From contig JBGCFM010000158.1 of assembly GCA_045106895.1 (NCBI GenBank), positions 1 to 17,175 on the forward strand: a DNA stretch of 17,175 nt, in the 5' to 3' direction. The position numbers and the translations under genes were made by a program. The notes beneath the pieces are model-generated. The model saw only the letters and a list, made by a program, of their open reading frames with translations. It had not been told where the DNA came from and did no database searches. This document shows, piece by piece, positions 16,363 to 17,175 of the stretch (the first letter of the stretch is position 1; each line of letters opens with the position of its first letter). The DNA is from Polyangiales bacterium. GTDB taxonomy: Bacteria; Myxococcota_A; Polyangia; Polyangiales; Houyiibacteriaceae.

Positions 16363-17175
16363 ATGATCGATCTTGAAGCCCTCGCCCGCCACGACTCGCA
16401 AGGTCGCGATATTTCCGTGCGCGGCGTCCGCGTGGGAGACCCCACCGCCAAGCTCTCCGGGCTCACTTTCGACGCGTTGGAGCCAATGTTCCGCGGGCGG
16501 ATGCGCTACGCCGGCGGCGTGCCCCATTGGACCGCCGAGGGAAGCACGACGGAAGTGGCGCTGACCGAGGCCCTCCTCTCCGACATGCTCCTCCTTCAAG
16601 GCATGCACGGGCGACTTCGGACCCACGAGGGCCTCTTCGAGGTCGACGAAGGGAAGGTGCAACATATCGCCCTCTTCGCTTCACTCCTCGCGCCTTTGGC
16701 GCTCGATTCCGTGCGCTCGATACAAGCGGTCTTTGGATCGGCGGAAGGCGTCGACCATGAGTTTGGCGCGACGCTTCACTACCCGTCGCGCGACATTCGG
16801 GCGCGCTTCAACCCAGACCTTCCACCCAATCATCGCGTGAGCGTCGTCCTCGGCGAAGACCCGTGGAAAGCCCCTTCGTTCGAAGCACAAGCGCTCCTCC
16901 AAGCGTACCTAGACGTCGCACACCTGCTCCCTAAGAACGGCGCTCGAATGGAGTTCCACGGGTCGAGGGCGACGGGGGTTCGCTACGACCGGCTGCGCGC
17001 GCTCTTACGCATCTTTGAAATCGGCGACCACCGCGCGATGACCCGCGGAACGTGGCTGCAAAACGAGGAGCCGAACCATCACAAAGGCGTTGACGCGCTC
17101 TGGGCCGCCACGAAGCTTGAGCGCCCGGAGCGCCCTCGTCCCGACGCGTACCATCATGCTTTTGTTGAACTCCTG
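16363..17175 (+). CDS. Hypothetical protein, partial (at least 271 aa, runs off the window)
   Basis: ATG 6 nt after the acyltransferase stop. Hand translation MIDLEALARHDSQGRDISVRGVRVGD...YHHAFVELL has no stop to the window end; absent from the ORF track, presumably because it has no stop. Confidence 0.8.
   Translation, partial: MIDLEALARHDSQGRDISVRGVRVGDPTAKLSGLTFDALEPMFRGRMRYAGGVPHWTAEGSTTEVALTEALLSDMLLLQGMHGRLRTHEGLFEVDEGKVQHIALFASLLAPLALDSVRSIQAVFGSAEGVDHEFGATLHYPSRDIRARFNPDLPPNHRVSVVLGEDPWKAPSFEAQALLQAYLDVAHLLPKNGARMEFHGSRATGVRYDRLRALLRIFEIGDHRAMTRGTWLQNEEPNHHKGVDALWAATKLERPERPRPDAYHHAFVELL

Noticed and set aside
1408..16376. Long alternative-frame and antisense ORFs (e.g. 1408..2352, 1457..2419, 5555..6418, 6479..7432, 15279..16376)
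   Set aside because: Arg/Pro/Ser-rich or antisense shadows overlapping better-supported genes, typical of high-GC DNA.

Overview
GC-rich bacterial chromosomal window, most likely from Myxococcota (Polyangia/Sandaracinus-like), judged from a MYXO-CTERM-type tail, myxobacterial Cys-rich repeats and a DAG-repeat linker. The left edge carries the 3' half of a tRNA-Leu(TAG) gene (264-318), the pattern expected at the distal att junction of an element integrated to the left. An antisense reading frame crosses it and may be the detached C-terminus of a split integrase. The rest is a mosaic of accessory genes: several hypotheticals, a YbiA/NADAR protein with a basic N-terminal extension, a lipoprotein, a surface protein with a CxxCH temptin-like head on a 7-EGF stalk, pirin, a Ser/Thr kinase, an ABM monooxygenase divergent from a GlxA-type AraC regulator, a 1024-aa protein with three PARP-type zinc fingers and a YwqG/DUF1963-like C-terminus, a sigma54 activator divergent from a ferredoxin (with a visible -24/-12 promoter and palindromic sites), an acyltransferase-3, and a truncated hypothetical ORF at the right edge. 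All domain calls come from motif recognition by eye; no searches were run.
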